Part shown: piece by piece, positions 25,441 to 38,950 of the stretch | Position numbering within the stretch: the first letter of the stretch is position 1 | How the letters are laid out: each line of letters starts with the position of its first letter | NCBI GenBank assembly: GCA_035221665.1 | Contig: CM069141.1 | Coordinates: 66,278,001 to 66,342,000, forward strand | Source of the DNA: Okamejei kenojei | Taxonomy: Eukaryota | Length of the DNA: 64,000 bases | Reading direction: 5' to 3' | The notes under the pieces: model-generated | Told to the model about the DNA's origin: nothing | Databases searched by the model: none | What the model saw: only the letters and a program-made list of their open reading frames with translations | Position numbers and translations under genes: made by a program

Positions 25441-26344
25441 TAATATTGAAAGGACTGGCAGAATAGTTTTTGGTGCTGGAATAGCCTATAGTGAGGACGA
25501 GAGAGACAAGTCCACAAAGTGACTTCAGGAAAGAAATAAGTAGTTTAGAGTTGAAGTAATGAGATGTACTTATCCAACATCGTAACATAGCCAGATTATC
25601 AGATCAACCAAATATTTCAATGATTATACAACTGTATGTCCAAGAAGGAATCGGTTACACAGTGCTTTCTCAGAACTCATTCAGTGAACCACTTTGAATT
25701 GTAGTCACCCTTATGACAGAGGCGAGTGTTGACAAATCACAGGAAGAAAAATAAATTAAACAAAATGGCAAAGTGCCTTCCCAAAGGTTTCCAGGAATTT
25801 CTGATAGAAACTGAATAGGCAGTAGTCCAGTAGTTAGCCAGTTTTTAGTAAGGGATATATAATTCTAATTAATCTGCAGCCAAAAGAGAGAGGATTAATG
25901 TCTAATTTATATTTTATAAACCTCTAGAGATAAATGTGAAGAAAGCTTTCCCAAGGATTCAGCAGCGAATGAAATTGTGAATTCCATGCATAAAATGTAA
26001 CGATTTGTGGTTGAACATTTCAATTTTGATTCTAGTAGGTTATTAATACTTTATCCCGAGCTTTTAACATGATTGTCTCAGAACTGTATTCCTGCAGTTT
26101 AGGGCATTCAGACATTGTATCTGCAAACTGCAAGAGTTCTAAAATAACTAATCTCCTGTTCTAAATCCCCAATTTCCTTTTTACGCCACAGTTGATAACT
26201 ATTGCCTTCCCCTACCTCTGTGTCTCAAAACATGATCACAAAGTATACTTTGGGCAAATAAATTTATAGATACACGAGAATTTACTGCCCAATAGGCCAC
26301 AAAGTCCTCATTATTTGTTCAAAGACATCAATCGGATAAAGCTC

Positions 26345-26700
26345 ATAAAGTTCGTAAATTCATGTGATAGGAGCGGAATCAGGCCATTCGGCCCATCTAC
26401 TTCGCCATTCAATCGTGGCTGATCTATCTTTCCCTCAACCCCATTCTCCTGCCTTCTCCCCATAACCCTTAGCATCCGTACTATTCAAGAATCTATCTAT
26501 CTCTGCCTTACAAATGTCCATTGACTTGGCCTCCACACCCTTCTGTGGCAATGAATTCCACAGATTCACCACCATCTGACTAAAGACATTTCTCTTCATC
26601 TCCTTCCTAAAATAACCTCCTCTAATTCTGAAGCTATGACCTCTGGTCTTAGACTCTCCCACAAGTGGAAACGTTTTCTCCATATCTACTCTATCCCGTC
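26345..26700 (-). mobile_element. CR1/HER1-like LINE 3' fragment
   Basis: ORF 26435-26683 TRGHSFRIRGGYFRKEMKRNVFSQMVVNLWNSLPQK. Confidence 0.88.
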
Positions 26701-27787
26701 TGAATTAAAAAAAACATTACTGTGTGTGATTTCCAACCAATCACCTCTGCATTTCCTGAGAAGTTATTTTTATCTAAGTACAAGAATTGGTTATTGTTAG
26801 ATAATTTCTACTTTAGCTTTAGAATGAAATGTAGCTGGCTGTGACCCTGTTACAGAGAGTTGTTTCATTCTAACTATGTAGTTATTCAACAGACCCTTTG
26901 CATTTTCTATATGGGTGGAGGCCTTGAATTATGTGTACGGGCTCAGTGTTGGAAATACTTTCCATTTGGTTTCACCATTAGTGTTGCTTGTAACATAACC
27001 ATCGGTTTGGCATTAGATGTAGGTTTGACATTGCCAAGTATTATGGGATTACAATTACTTGAAGACAGGGTGGGCTTCTGTTCTTCTTGCTTTCCAACCT
27101 TCAAGTGAATGACCTCAGTGGAATCTAAGTTTGAATTTATGTTTTGCGTTGCTGCGGCAACCACGTTAGCTGAGCATGTGACTCAAGTTTTCTTGGCCAA
27201 GAGGCCCAAATTTGCAAAGGGTGAAGTGGAACAATTGCAGCATGTAATCGAGACTAGATTTCAACTTGGCCAAGTCAATGGATATTTGCACTGGTGAGCA
27301 GCCACAACTCAGGATTGTAACATGATGCTGTTGCTGATTTTGTGCCAAATGTCACCGACTAGCATTATGAGGGGTTTACGTATCAATAGTGGTAACAGAG
27401 TGTGGAAGTAGGTAACTGCATCCAATTTTATAGACTAATGAGAATAATGCCCAATAGGAACCATCTTCACCTCATGTTCTCCAGAAGAAATACTTGATGC
27501 TCCAAGTAAAGAATTTTTTAGCATTTTTATTTATCTGAGAGTAAATATTATAAGAAATGCAACGTATGAATACAAGAAAATGGTTTTATAGTTGCATGGA
27601 TAGGTTTGTTACAGTTTTGTTATACATTATATTCAAAATATAATAAAAATATTATTCATAATGTCATAGTATCACATTGCATGGAAACAGATCTTTCGGT
27701 CCAACTTGTCTGAGCGACCAAGATTGCCATCTATGCTAATCCCATTTGACTGTGTTTGACCCATATCTCACAATGCCTTTCCCCTAC

Positions 27788-27965
27788 CTTTCAAGAGAGA
27801 GCTTGATAGGGCTCTTAAAGATAGCGGAGTCAGGGGATATGGGGAGAAGGCAGGAGCGGGGTACTGATTGGGGATGATCAGCCATGATCACATTGAATGG
27901 CGGTGCTGGCTCGAAGGGCCAAATGGACTACTCCTGCACCTGTTGTCTATTGTCTATTGTCTATC
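27788..27965 (+). mobile_element. HER1/CR1 3' end
   Basis: gatcagccatgatcacattgaatggcggtgctggctcgaagggcc with ctattgt tail. Confidence 0.85.
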
Positions 27966-28262
27966 TGTGTACTGTCCAAATATCTTTTAAAGTGTTTTCA
28001 ATGTTGTTATTTGACCAAATGTATTTTAAATGTTATGAAAATGTTGTTATGAAAATGACTCTGTGTAAAAGATTGAAAATCATTTTGAGAAAGTGAAACT
28101 AGCCTCTAAAATCTAAGCAAAATATACTTCAATAGAATCATATGGCCATATAGCATAGAAATAGGCTCAAGATGGCATAAAATGCTGGAGTAACTCAGCG
28201 GGTCAGGCAGCATCTCTGGAGTAAAGGAATAGATGATGTTTCGGGTCGAGACCCTTCTTTGA

Positions 28263-28578
28263 GGGTAGCACGGTGGCACAGCGGTAGACCTACTGCCTTA
28301 CAGCACCAGAGACCCCGGTTCAATCCTGACTACGGGTGCTGTCTGTACGGAGTTTGTACGTTCTCCCCATGACCTGCGTGGGTTTTCTCCAAGATCTTCG
28401 GTTTCCTCCACACTTCAAAGACGTACAGGTTTGTAGGTTAATTGGCTTGGTAGAAATGTAAAATTGTCCCTAGTGTGCGTAGGGTAGTGTTAATATGCGG
28501 GGATCGCTGGTTGGTGTGGACACGGTGGGCCAAAAGGCCTGTTTCCACACTGTATCTTCAACCTAAATTAAACTAAAT
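28263..28578 (+). mobile_element. HE1 V-SINE, full length (tRNA-derived, Pol III A/B boxes)
   Basis: A box tggcacagcgg, B box ggttcaatcc, V-domain, LINE-like 3' end and ctaaa tail. Confidence 0.9.
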
Positions 28579-29379
28579 AAAATTGAGTAGTCAAGAAAAA
28601 CAATAAGGGAGTAATATAGCAAAAAAACATGAAAACAGATTATCTATACATAAGGCGAAAATACAAAAATATAGCAAAAGTTAATTTGAGTCCCTTAGCG
28701 ACTGGGACTGGAGAAATTATATTGGGGAATAAAGAAATAACAGAGAAATTAATCAAATATTTGATGTCACTTTTCATAGAATTGTATTGGAAGCTAATAA
28801 ATCCTCACTCTTATACCTTTAGAATGATTAAATAGATTTAAAATGATTCCATAAATGTTTGAATTCACAATTCCATAATTCTCATTCACCCCTTTCTTTT
28901 CTTATCTCTCTGCCTTTTGTCTCTTTTCCACATCCTATCTTAATTACTTAACANNNNNNNNNNNNNNNNNNNNNNNNNNNNNNNNNNNNNNNNNNNNNNN
29001 NNNNNNNNNNNNNNNNNNNNNNNNNNNNNNNNNNNNNNNNNNNNNNNNNNNNNNNNNNNNNNNNNNNNNNNNNNNNNNNNNNNNNNNNNNNNNNNNNNNN
29101 NNNNNNNNNNNNNNNNNNNNNNNNNNNNNNNNNNNNNNNNNNNNNNNNNNNNNNNNNNNNNNNNNNNCAATTGCCTGACTTTTCCCCATTTCTCTTTTCC
29201 AGCTTTCTCCCCCCCCCACTCCATCAGTCTGAGGAAGGGCCCCGACCCGAAACATCTTCTGTCTATACCCGCTACAGATGCTGCCTGACCTGCTGAGTTC
29301 CTCCAGTCTTTTTTTTTGCTTAAGATTCCGGCATCTGCATTCTCTTGTGTCTCTACCAATTCTTGTATAGTTTTCACAG

Positions 29380-30290
29380 ATTCTAAAGTACTTATGGAAA
29401 GAGAGATAATGGGGAACTAAAAGGTTGCCCGGACATCAGTTGGGAAAATGCTGAGTTCTATTCTTAAGAAAGCGGTATAATGCCACTTTGAAACTATTAA
29501 TAGGACTACGCTGAATCTAAATTAATTTATAAAAGGTGACTCAGCTTTGATAAATCTTGAAAAGTCTTTTGTTACCAGCAGAACCAATAAAGTGGGACCA
29601 TTGATCCACAATAAAGTGGAACCATCCAATCGATGTGTATTTGGAATTTGGATAAGGCATTGCACAAGAGGCTATAAAATAAAATTAGGGAACATTGGAT
29701 TGGGGGGAGGGGAATACATTAGTGTTGATTGAGTAGGAAGGAACTGCAGATGCTGGTTTACACCAAAGATAGACATAGAATGCTGGAGTAGCTCAGTGGG
29801 ACAGGCAGCATCTCTGGATAGAAGGAATGGGTGATGTTTCAGGTTGAGACCCTTCTTCAGAAGAGATCTGAAGACTCAAGTCTGACGTCACAAAGGGACT
29901 TTGACATCAGAACAGATCGGAACACACTCGCGGTTTGGAGTTCCGAGTAAGTCATCTCATTGAATCGTACAACAATCTGAAGGGAATTAACATGGTTGAT
30001 GTTTCCCTGGTGTCTTGGACTCAAAATAAGGGATCACTCATTCAAGACTGAAAAAATGTGATGTAGTGAGTCTTAGGAATTTTCTATCCAACAGGGGTGT
30101 GATGATTCAGCTAGATATATTTAAGCCAGAGACTGATAGAACTTTAGATATTCCGTGGATCAAGGTACATGAGGTGAATACGTGAAAGTGGTACTGAGAC
30201 TAAAAAAACGGCCAAGATCTTATTGAATGGCAGTGTGAGTGTGAAGGACTGAATGACCTCTCCCAATTCTATATTTTATGTCTAATATGT
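29380..30290 (+). mobile_element. Old CR1 LINE RT/3' remnant with nested mini-PLE (29732-29860)
   Basis: Degenerate LTSVVGKML / NLLEFF / DVYLDF-like coding and CR1 3' end. Confidence 0.55.
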
Positions 30291-31279
30291 GATTGATTAT
30301 GGCCCAAAAGCAATTTTATCAAAACTGGAGGAATTATGCAGTTCCGTGGATTAGAATGCTGTCTTATCACCTATGGGACTTGGATTTAAATCTAGCTGAG
30401 ACAAATAAGGTCTGTTCTATTTCTAATGGTTGTTAAGAGTCCTAAGTAAAATGAGTTTGGGCAGACTGAAACCAGGCTCCCAATGGATGCAAGCCCGCAT
30501 AATAAAACTGTCCACAATTCAGCACTAATTGGTCCAGAGACACAATAAAACTATACAAAATACCACACTGAAGTAATAGACATGTTTTACTGGGGTGTTT
30601 TGCCTCCTCTATGTTCGAGCTTCAGTAAGGCTAATCAACCAGTGTGCTCTGCCACTGCTGGTGAAAGGAGGGGAAATGTTTTATTCTCCATCATTATCAT
30701 TCCTCATCTTGATGCAGTTCCTTGCCCCAGCCCTTCTCCCCAGCCAAAAGAGCAATGTAACCTGTACACCCAGATTAATGCTTCTGAAATGGTTGCACAA
30801 AGTATGTTCCTTTACCCTCCTGATGCTGCACGATCATTTGTAACAAAGCTCTCCGTCATTGCCGTAAAAATGAAATCCAGGACACAGAAAGTACATCTTG
30901 TGACTCATAGTTATTTTGGGGATTTCAAATTACCTTCAAAAATATTACATTCGCTATTAACAAGAGACCTAATGAGCAAGCAGTTGAAAGAATATAATGC
31001 CATCTTGCAGAACAAAAATTGATTTATTACCACATAGGTTTCTGAGCTGCATTGTAATAGGTTTAATAAAAGAAGTACTCATTTGTTCAAAGTAAAGCTG
31101 ACTCGTTTTTTGTCGCGCTGCCTTTGTTTTGCTTTGTCTCGTTGAAAGCTATTTGTCTCCGCTGGTCCCCTGCAAACCCCAATTATGATTGTTGTTTGGG
31201 GGTAATCATTTGGAAGGAGTGGGGTGGAAGAGTTTGTTAACTCACCATTGATGATACCAGTGTTTCTGAGTCTTCTGGA

Positions 31280-31670
31280 AGGTAGACACAAAATGCTGGA
31301 CATTCAGCGGGCCAGGCAGCATCTCTGGAGAGATGGAATGGGTGACGTTTCGGGTCGAGACCCTTCTTCAGCCTGAAAGTTACGGGAAAGGGAAGAGGGA
31401 GATATAGACAATGACATAGAGAGATACAGAACAAATTAATGAAAGATATGCAAAAATAAAGTAACAATGATGAAGGAAACAGGCCATTGTTAGCTGTGTG
31501 CTAGGTGAGAACAAAATGCTGGTGTAACATGGGTGGGTGAGGCAATGGAGAGGGACAGATTGCAGGGGTTACTTGAAGTTAGAGAAATCAAAATTCATAC
31601 CCCTGGGTTATAAGCTGCCGAAGTGAAATATGAGATGCTGTTCCAATTTGCTGTTCCTCCAATTTGCATC
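31280..31670 (-). mobile_element. PLE 3' fragment with consensus hammerhead core (31344-31371)
   Basis: Minus strand EQHLIFHFGSL remnant, 3' UTR, gacgtttcgggtcgagacccttcttcag. Confidence 0.85.
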
Positions 31671-32454
31671 AATTTACTGTCTGATGGGTGCAACATACCC
31701 AATGACAAGTATGTCAAAAATGATGTCTTCCTCTGTTCCTTGAAACTTTGACGGTGTTAAGCCATGCTTTCACATGTGCCATTGTGTACATGTGAAATGG
31801 ATCCAGCCTTCAAAATAAATTCACAAAAAATTGCAAACACGCTGGTTACTAAGATCATATGGTCTGAATTCAAAGTATTTTTTTAATCTCAAACATTTCC
31901 ACTGGTTAAAATTTTATCCCTTGAGATGTAACCAAGAAAACCAATCTGTCAAAAATCCAATTTTAGTCTTAATTTTGAATAATCTCTGTTTTTAACCTTT
32001 CAAACAATAATCCAGGCCCACGTGCTTCCCCTGGGCAAACTGCTGCTGCAGTAAAATATGTAAACATTCTTGGTTTGATCACAATCAAAGATCAGGAAAT
32101 TATTAGGCAAAGAGCAGTAGGTTATCAGATTAAAATTAATGAGCGGAGATCAGAGCAGGCTGTAAATGAAGCACAGTGATCTCTGCTCCCAACATCTGCT
32201 CATGTTGTGGGAAGTCTGTGGTAGAGCGGCCAAATTGGAAACATTTATCCTTTTCCATTTTGACCAGGTAAATTTGGGCCCCACTGCACCAGTGTGCTTT
32301 TTTTGAAGCCTGAAAAACTGTAACGTCCAGGTTCAGGAGCAGCTTCTTCCCTACAGCCATTAGGCGATTCATCCAACAACCTCAAATAAGTATTAAACTA
32401 CAACAACTATTATTGTTTTGATTGCACTATTATTGTTTGTTTGTTTTTTATGTG

Positions 32455-32470
32455 TACACACGTGTGCATG

Positions 32471-32509
<39 letters not shown>

Positions 32510-32555
32510 TTATTGTCTATATATATGTGTATATGTGAGTATGTGTATATATACT
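32455..32555. repeat. (TG)n/(TA)n microsatellite
   Basis: Direct inspection. Confidence 0.9.
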
Positions 32556-32617
32556 GTACACACACTGAACTTTTTATTTATTTATTGTTTTCTCTGTACT
32601 ATGTTTACATATTCTGT

Positions 32618-32751
32618 AGGTCTGAAAAAAGGTCTCGACCTGAAACGTCACCCATTCCTTCTCTCCAGAGATACTGCCTGTCCCGCTGAGTTACTTCAGC
32701 ATTTTGTGTCTACCTTCGATTTAAACCAGCATCTGCAGTTCCTTCCTACGC
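32618..32751 (+). mobile_element. Monomeric mini-PLE hammerhead module with 17-bp TSD
   Basis: TSD atgtttacatattctgt at 32601-32617 and 32752-32768. Confidence 0.88.
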
Positions 32752-32949
32752 ATGTTTACATATTCTGTTGTGCTACTGCAAGAATTTCATTGTTCTACCT
32801 GAGACGTATGACAATAAAACACTCTCGACAATAAAACACATGGGACTCTTGACTTTTTCCCTCTTCCACCAGTCATTTTAATCGATTTAATTCATGCTGA
32901 TTTGTTCTAAACTGCGGATCAGGTTTCTCCACTGAGAGTATCACTGTTA

Positions 32950-33470
32950 AGGGCCTGCCCCACTGCGGCGACCTAATTGGCGAGTTTAGAAGAGTTTTCC
33001 CTCGACTCATACTCGCATCATGGTTGACACAAGGTCCTAGGAGGTCTTTGTAACTCTCCTTCATGCTTGAGAGTAGTCCCCGTGTACTCGAGGCCTCAGC
33101 TAAGTTGCGGCGTATTTTTCAACATGCTGAAAAATGCTCACGAGTAAAAATAGGTAGCCACGGAAAAAAATCGATTTTTATTTTCTCTCGTAGGTTTAGT
33201 CGAAGTACGTCATAGTAGGTCGGCATGTTATTCGTAAGTAACCGAGGGTAGTCGAAGGTAATCGAAGGTAGTCGTAGATAGTCTTCAACATAGTCGAAGG
33301 AGATCGAAGGAGGTCGTCTTCACTCTCCACTATTCGGTGTCCAATTTTCCCGAAGCTAGTCGAAGCTAGTCTTCAACATAGTCGAAGGATGTCTTCAACA
33401 TGACACTTTTTCAAACTCTCCTAAACTCTTCTAAACTCGCCAATTAGGTTGCCGCAGTGGGACAGCCCCT
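32950..33470. mobile_element. Harbinger/PIF-type MITE
   Basis: TIR agggcctgccccactgcggcgacctaattggcgagtttagaagagttt and its inverse; TTA/TAA flanks; internal gtcgaag repeats. Confidence 0.78.
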
Positions 33471-33473
33471 TAA

Positions 33474-34170
33474 AGGGGTTTCCCACTGCGGCGACATAAT
33501 CTGTGAGTTTAGAAGAGTTTGCCCTCGACTCAAACTCACAACATGGTCGATACGTGGTCCCACGAGGTCCCATGAGGTCACTGGAACTCTTCTTCATGCT
33601 CGAGGGAGGTTCCCGCATACTCGCGGCCTCAGTTTGTTCAAGGAGGTTTTCTCAGCATGTTGAAAATTTTCCGCGAGTAAATATTGGTCGGCATGGTTCT
33701 TTTGAACTCATAGTGCAGTGGGGTGGTGTCGCTAGATTGTTATAGGCAGTCGAGGGCAGCCGTAGGCAATCTCCTTCGCTGACTGGGCATTATAATTGGC
33801 TCATTGGAGTTTTCAGGACCAAGGAAAACCAACCGGTAGGTAAAATGCCCGCTAAACTTTATTATAAGTTATCTGGCTTCTTAAAAGTGTCTCCACTGCA
33901 TCCCCCCCCCCTTCTCCCCCCCTTCTCCCCCCCCCTTCTCCCCCCCCTTCTCCCCCCCCTTCTCCCCCCCCTTCTCCCCCCTTCTCCCCCCCCTTCTGCC
34001 CCCCCTTCTCCCCCCCCCTTCCCTTCTCTCCCCCCCTCCCCGCTCTCTGCCCTCTAAAGGACTTACCGTACACTGTGCAGCCATCTTTTACCTTCCTGTT
34101 CATCACGGATGTGAGTTTCAGACAGCGCTCCCCCACTTTCCCTGGCCCCTGCTTTTGCGATCGGACTTCT
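33474..34170. mobile_element. Second related Harbinger-type element abutting the first, with C-rich repeat (33900-34045)
   Basis: Starts aggggtttcccactgcggcgac directly after TAA; right end not found. Confidence 0.55.
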
Positions 34171-35314
34171 GATTCCTTTGAACTGCACTGGATTTGAACT
34201 CTTTTGCCAGATCTGGAAATTGTATGTACCACGCGATGTACTGCTTGATCCCCAGTCATTACGACATGTTGCACATTTCTGTCACTGTATCTACATTTAA
34301 TACACACTGATGTAAATCCAGAACATGTTGGAAGTACTCAGTAGGTCAGGCAGTATCTATGAAGAGAGAAGTAGAGTTAATATTTCAGGCTAAGGACCCG
34401 AGGTCTTGGGTTGTAAGGGGAACAGTGATTGAGAAATGTTGCAATACTGTGGATGTCAGTATTGGTGGATGGATCTGAAATATGAAAGGTGGAATCCACG
34501 TATGCAAAAGGGAATTTGATTTGTTCGATGTCCAGCATCTGTTTTTTAATCTGCAGCGTATCACCAGGGACTTGTTCAATGTCCGTGGGGTGTAAGCAAT
34601 AGCAATGTGAGGGTGAGGTGGTGCATTGGAAGGAGAAGAGGGCTTTGACGTTAGCGAGAGAACTGGGGAAGAGATCGGGCAGACATTCTGGGGTTGGATG
34701 CGCACCCAGACTCGATGAATCCTCCCTCCACTGTCCTCCACCCCATCATCTGCTCGATCAACTGACCTAAAATGCTGGCTGAATCCTCTTGACAATCTGC
34801 CTGTATGACCATCAACACCTTCATTACAACCATCCATCCACTATCATTATTACCACTCGCCATCCCCTCTTAAACACATCACTGCCACACCTACAACCAC
34901 CGCCACCACCCACAGGCACCACCATTACCATCAACCCCGACTAGCATCATCCCCATCCACCCACGTGCATGGCTTAAGTGGACACACCGCATAGTTTGCG
35001 AACCTCTGTCCTGCAGTGCTGAATTTCATGGGAGATTTTGTTCCTTTTATAGCCATCATTCCTGAAGTGAGATCATGAGACAGCAGTGGCTATTGTTAAA
35101 ATGACTGCTAATATGATGCAGGTAATTTTCACTATTTTGATGTCAACTGTTCCGCCACAACTAGTCTCCATCAGCTCAGAAATGACACCCATCTTTCTCC
35201 TCAAATGACTCTGGCTTAGTTGGGCTTCAAATGTTCTCCAAAATTTATTTGCAACATTAGAAAATCTTCAGTGATCAACACAGTTGGGAAGCATAATGGA
35301 GCATAACCATTTCA

Positions 35315-36135
35315 TATAAGATTATTAAGGGATTGGACACGCTAGGGGCAGGAAACACGTTCCCGATGTTGGGGGAGTGCTAAACCAGCGGCCACAGTTT
35401 AAGAATGAGGGGTAGGCCAATTAGAACGGAGACGAGGAAAAACGTTTTCACCCAGAGAGTTGTGAATCTGTGCAATTCTCTGCCTCACGGCAGTGGATGC
35501 TGATTCCCTGGATGCTTTCAAAAGTGAGTTAGATAGTGCTCTTAAAGATAGCAGAGTCAAGGGATATGGGAAGAAGGCAGGAACGGGGTTCTGATTGTGG
35601 ATGGTCAGCCATGATCACAATGAATGGCGGTGATGGCTTGAAAGGCCGATTGGCCTATTGTCTATTGTCATAAGATCATAAGTGATAGGAATGGAATAAG
35701 GCCATTCAGCCCATAAAGTCTACTCCGCCATTCAATCATGGTTGATCTATCTCTCCCTCCTAAACCCATTCTCCTGCCTTCTCCCCATAATCTCTGAACA
35801 CTGCACTAATCAAGAATCCATCTATTTCTTCCTTAAAAACATCCGCTGACTTGGCCTCCACAGCTTTATGTGGCAGAATTCCACAGATTCACCGCCCTTG
35901 GACTCAAGAAATGTCTCCTCATCTCTTCCTAAAAGAATGTCCTTTAATTCTGAGGCCATGACATCTAGTCCTAGACTCTCCTAATTGTGGAAACATCCTC
36001 TCCCCATCCACTCTCTCCGAGCCTTTCACTGTACTGTATGATTCAATGAGGTCCGCCCTCATTTTTCTAAACTCCAGTGAGCACAGGCCCAGTTCCGACA
36101 AACGCTCATCATACGTTAACCTACTCATTCCTGGG
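35315..36135. mobile_element. Two CR1/HER1 3' fragments tail-to-tail (+ 35315-35668; - 35670-36135)
   Basis: KIIKGLDTLGAG...RVVNL on plus; YDERLSELGLCSLEFRKMRADLIE on minus. Confidence 0.85.
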
Positions 36136-36514
36136 ATCCTGTTGGATGCCTATTCCTTTCCTGATTTTTCACCACACCTGACTTGGCACAGAGGAAGCAC
36201 CGTGTTTCATTACAACTCTTAGTTTACTTTAATGTCACATGTATCGGGGTAGAGTGAAAAGCTTTTGTTGCGTGCTCTCCAGTCAGCGGAAAGACAACAC
36301 ACGATTACAATCGAGCTGTTGTCGGAGGTCTACTTGTTTAATGGTGTTGGTAACCATTGCTGTTATGAATCAACTGATCCATTTTACCACATCCAGAGAG
36401 CAGTGCTGAACTACTATCTACCTCTTTGGTGACCCTTGGACTTTCCTTGATCGGACTTTGCTGGCTTTAACTTGCACTAAACACAGTAACACACTAAACA
36501 CACTTGCACTTACA

Positions 36515-37076
36515 CAGTATTGCGCACAGTTTTGGTCTCCTAATCTGAGGAAAGACATTCTTGCCATAGAGGGAGTACCGAGAAGGGTCACCAGACTGAT
36601 TCCTGGGATGGCAGGACTTCCATATGAAGAAAGACTGGATAGGCTCGGCTTGTACTCGCTGGAATTTAGGAGAATGAGGGGGGATCTTATAGAGACTTAC
36701 AAAATTCTTAAGGGGTTCGACAGGCTAGATGCAGGAAGATTGTTCCCGATGTTGGGGAACTCCAGAACAAGGGGTCACAGTTTAAGGATAAGGGGGAAGT
36801 CTTTTAGGACCGAGATGAGAAGATCATTTTTCATACAGAGAGTGGTGAATCTGTAGAATTCTCTGCCATAGAAAGTAGTTCAGGCCAGTTCATTGGCTAT
36901 ATTTAAGAGGGAGTTAGATGTGGCCCTTGTGGCTAAAGTGAACAGGGGGTATGGAGAGAAGGCAGGTACAGGATACTGAGTTGGATGATCAGCCATGATC
37001 ATATTGAATGGCAGTGCAGGCTCGAAGGGCCGAATGGCCTACTCCTGCACCTATTTTCTATGATTCTATGATTCTA
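36515..37076 (+). mobile_element. HER1/CR1 LINE 3' region
   Basis: YCAQFWSPNLRKDILAIEGVPRRVTRLIPGM...YSLEFRRMRGDLIETYKILKG; (attctatg)n tail. Confidence 0.92.
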
Positions 37077-37489
37077 AACATTATTCCTTTGTACTATACT
37101 GTAAATGTACTGTTACACTGTAAATACAATGTATGGCTCGATTTTAATCATGTATGGTCTTTCTGCGGATCAGATAGCATGCAACAAAAGGTGTTCACTG
37201 TACCTCAGTACATGTGACAATAAACTAAACTGAACTGAACTGGTGGAGCGGTGAAATTTGTGCTCTCCATCCTGTCTAGGTGAGTGCAAAGGCCAAAGAC
37301 CGATACCTTGTGCAATGAGGCAAGGGTAGGTTGCATCCAAGGCAATCTTCCCATTATTTAGAGACTGTCTGCATGTTATCCTGAACTACCTCCTTCCTAA
37401 GTCGCAAAGGCCAATGCTGGCATTACAACCATTAAGTATTGCCTTCCCACTGCACTTTTGAACAACTTTCAAACATCACACCAGACAGG

Positions 37490-38140
37490 AGATAGAATCA
37501 AAATGCTGGAGTAACTCAGCGGGTCAGGCAGCATCTCCGGAGAAAAGGAATAGGTGATGTTTCGGGTCGAGACCCTTCTTCAGACATCTTCTGCTGCGCC
37601 ATCGAGAGTATCCTTACTAACTGTATCACAGTATGATATGGCAACTGCTCTGTCTCCGACCGGAAAGCACTGCAGAGGGTGGTGAAAACTTCCCAACGTA
37701 TCACCGGTTCCTCACTCCCCCCCACTGAGTCTGTCCAGAGCAGGCGATGTCTGCGAAGGGCGGGCAGCATCGTCAAGGACTGCTCTCACCCCAACCACAG
37801 ACTGTTTACCCTCCTCCCATCTGGGGGGCGCTACAGGTCTCTCCATTCCCGGTCCAGCAGGTTCAGGAACAGCTTCTTCCCTGTGGCTGTTACCCAACTT
37901 AACTCTGCACCTTGGTGATTGCCAGTCACCCCCCTCGGACACTCCTTCCCCATTGCCATACCACACTGTGATACAGTTAGTAAGGATACTCTCGATGGCA
38001 TAGCGGAAGAAGTCTGAAGAAGGGTCTTGACCCAAAACATCACCTATTCCTTTTCTCCAGAGATGCTCTCTGACCTACTGAGTTTCTCCAGCTTTTTCTG
38101 TCTATCTTCTGTTTAAACCAGCATCTGGTGTTCCTTCCTA
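37490..38140. mobile_element. Fold-back mini-PLE carrying a Rex1/Babar LINE fragment
   Basis: PLE arms 37490-37585 and 38011-38140; cargo AIESILTNCITV...RRAGSIVKDCSHPNHRLFTLLPSGGRYRS; imperfect TSD cacaccagacagg / cacacctgactgg. Confidence 0.8.
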
Positions 38141-38671
38141 CACACCTGACTGGTCTAGGTGCAAACAATGGGAACAGGATTAGATTGATGAGCCCCTCAA
38201 GCCTGCTTTTCACTCAGATCCTGGATGATTTACACCTGAAATGTATTTTCCTGCTTATGCTCCAAGGCTTCACTTAACCCAGAATCAATAGGGCTCTGTG
38301 GGAGAGCATATTTCCTAACTCTTTCCAATGGCTTTGCTTGAATTTCATGGTTACATTCCTGGGCTTTCCGTAAAATAAAGTTATCTTTTATATCAGCAAC
38401 TAAGCGAGACTTCCATTTTCTCTACTGCTTATATGATTATCAATAAAGGCAGCAAAAACATTGTGAGATCATATTGTGATTAAGTTTTGCTTTGGAGATT
38501 AATTTTCTTTGCAAGCCTTCAACTGATGTGGATTAAGCTGAAACTGTGTTAATATATATATTTAGCCAATCTGAAAACTGCCCTTGTATATCTCTGGAAT
38601 GGTGAAGTCCATACTAAATGCACTTTATTGTTTTATTTGTTTGCTTTTGTGTGTACGTATTGTGTGTGTGT

Positions 38672-38950
38672 GTAGTGGGAAGGAACTGCAGATCCTGGTT
38701 TAAACCAAAGATTGACACAAAAAGCTGGAGTAACTCAGCGGGGACAGGCAGCATCTCTGGAGAGAAGGAATGGGTGACGTTTCGGGTCGAGACCTTTCTT
38801 CAGACTGAAAGTCATGGGAAAGGGAAATGAGAGATACAGATGATGATGTAGAGAGATATAGAACAATGAATGAAAGAGTGCAAAAAAGTAACAATGATAA
38901 AGGAAACAGGTCTTTGTTAGCTGCTTGTTGGGTGAAAATTAGAAGCTGGA
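38672..38950 (-). mobile_element. PLE 3' UTR + hammerhead + tail
   Basis: Core gacgtttcgggtcgagacctttcttcag near 38776-38803. Confidence 0.82.

Noticed and set aside
28263-28335. tRNA gene
   Set aside because: It is the tRNA-derived head of an HE1 SINE
28940-29377. ORFs spanning N runs (also 59746-60191)
   Set aside because: Assembly-gap artefacts
30582-31022. 146-aa ORF
   Set aside because: No recognisable domain or gene context
33845-34307. Pro/Gly-rich ORFs
   Set aside because: Low-complexity C-rich repeat
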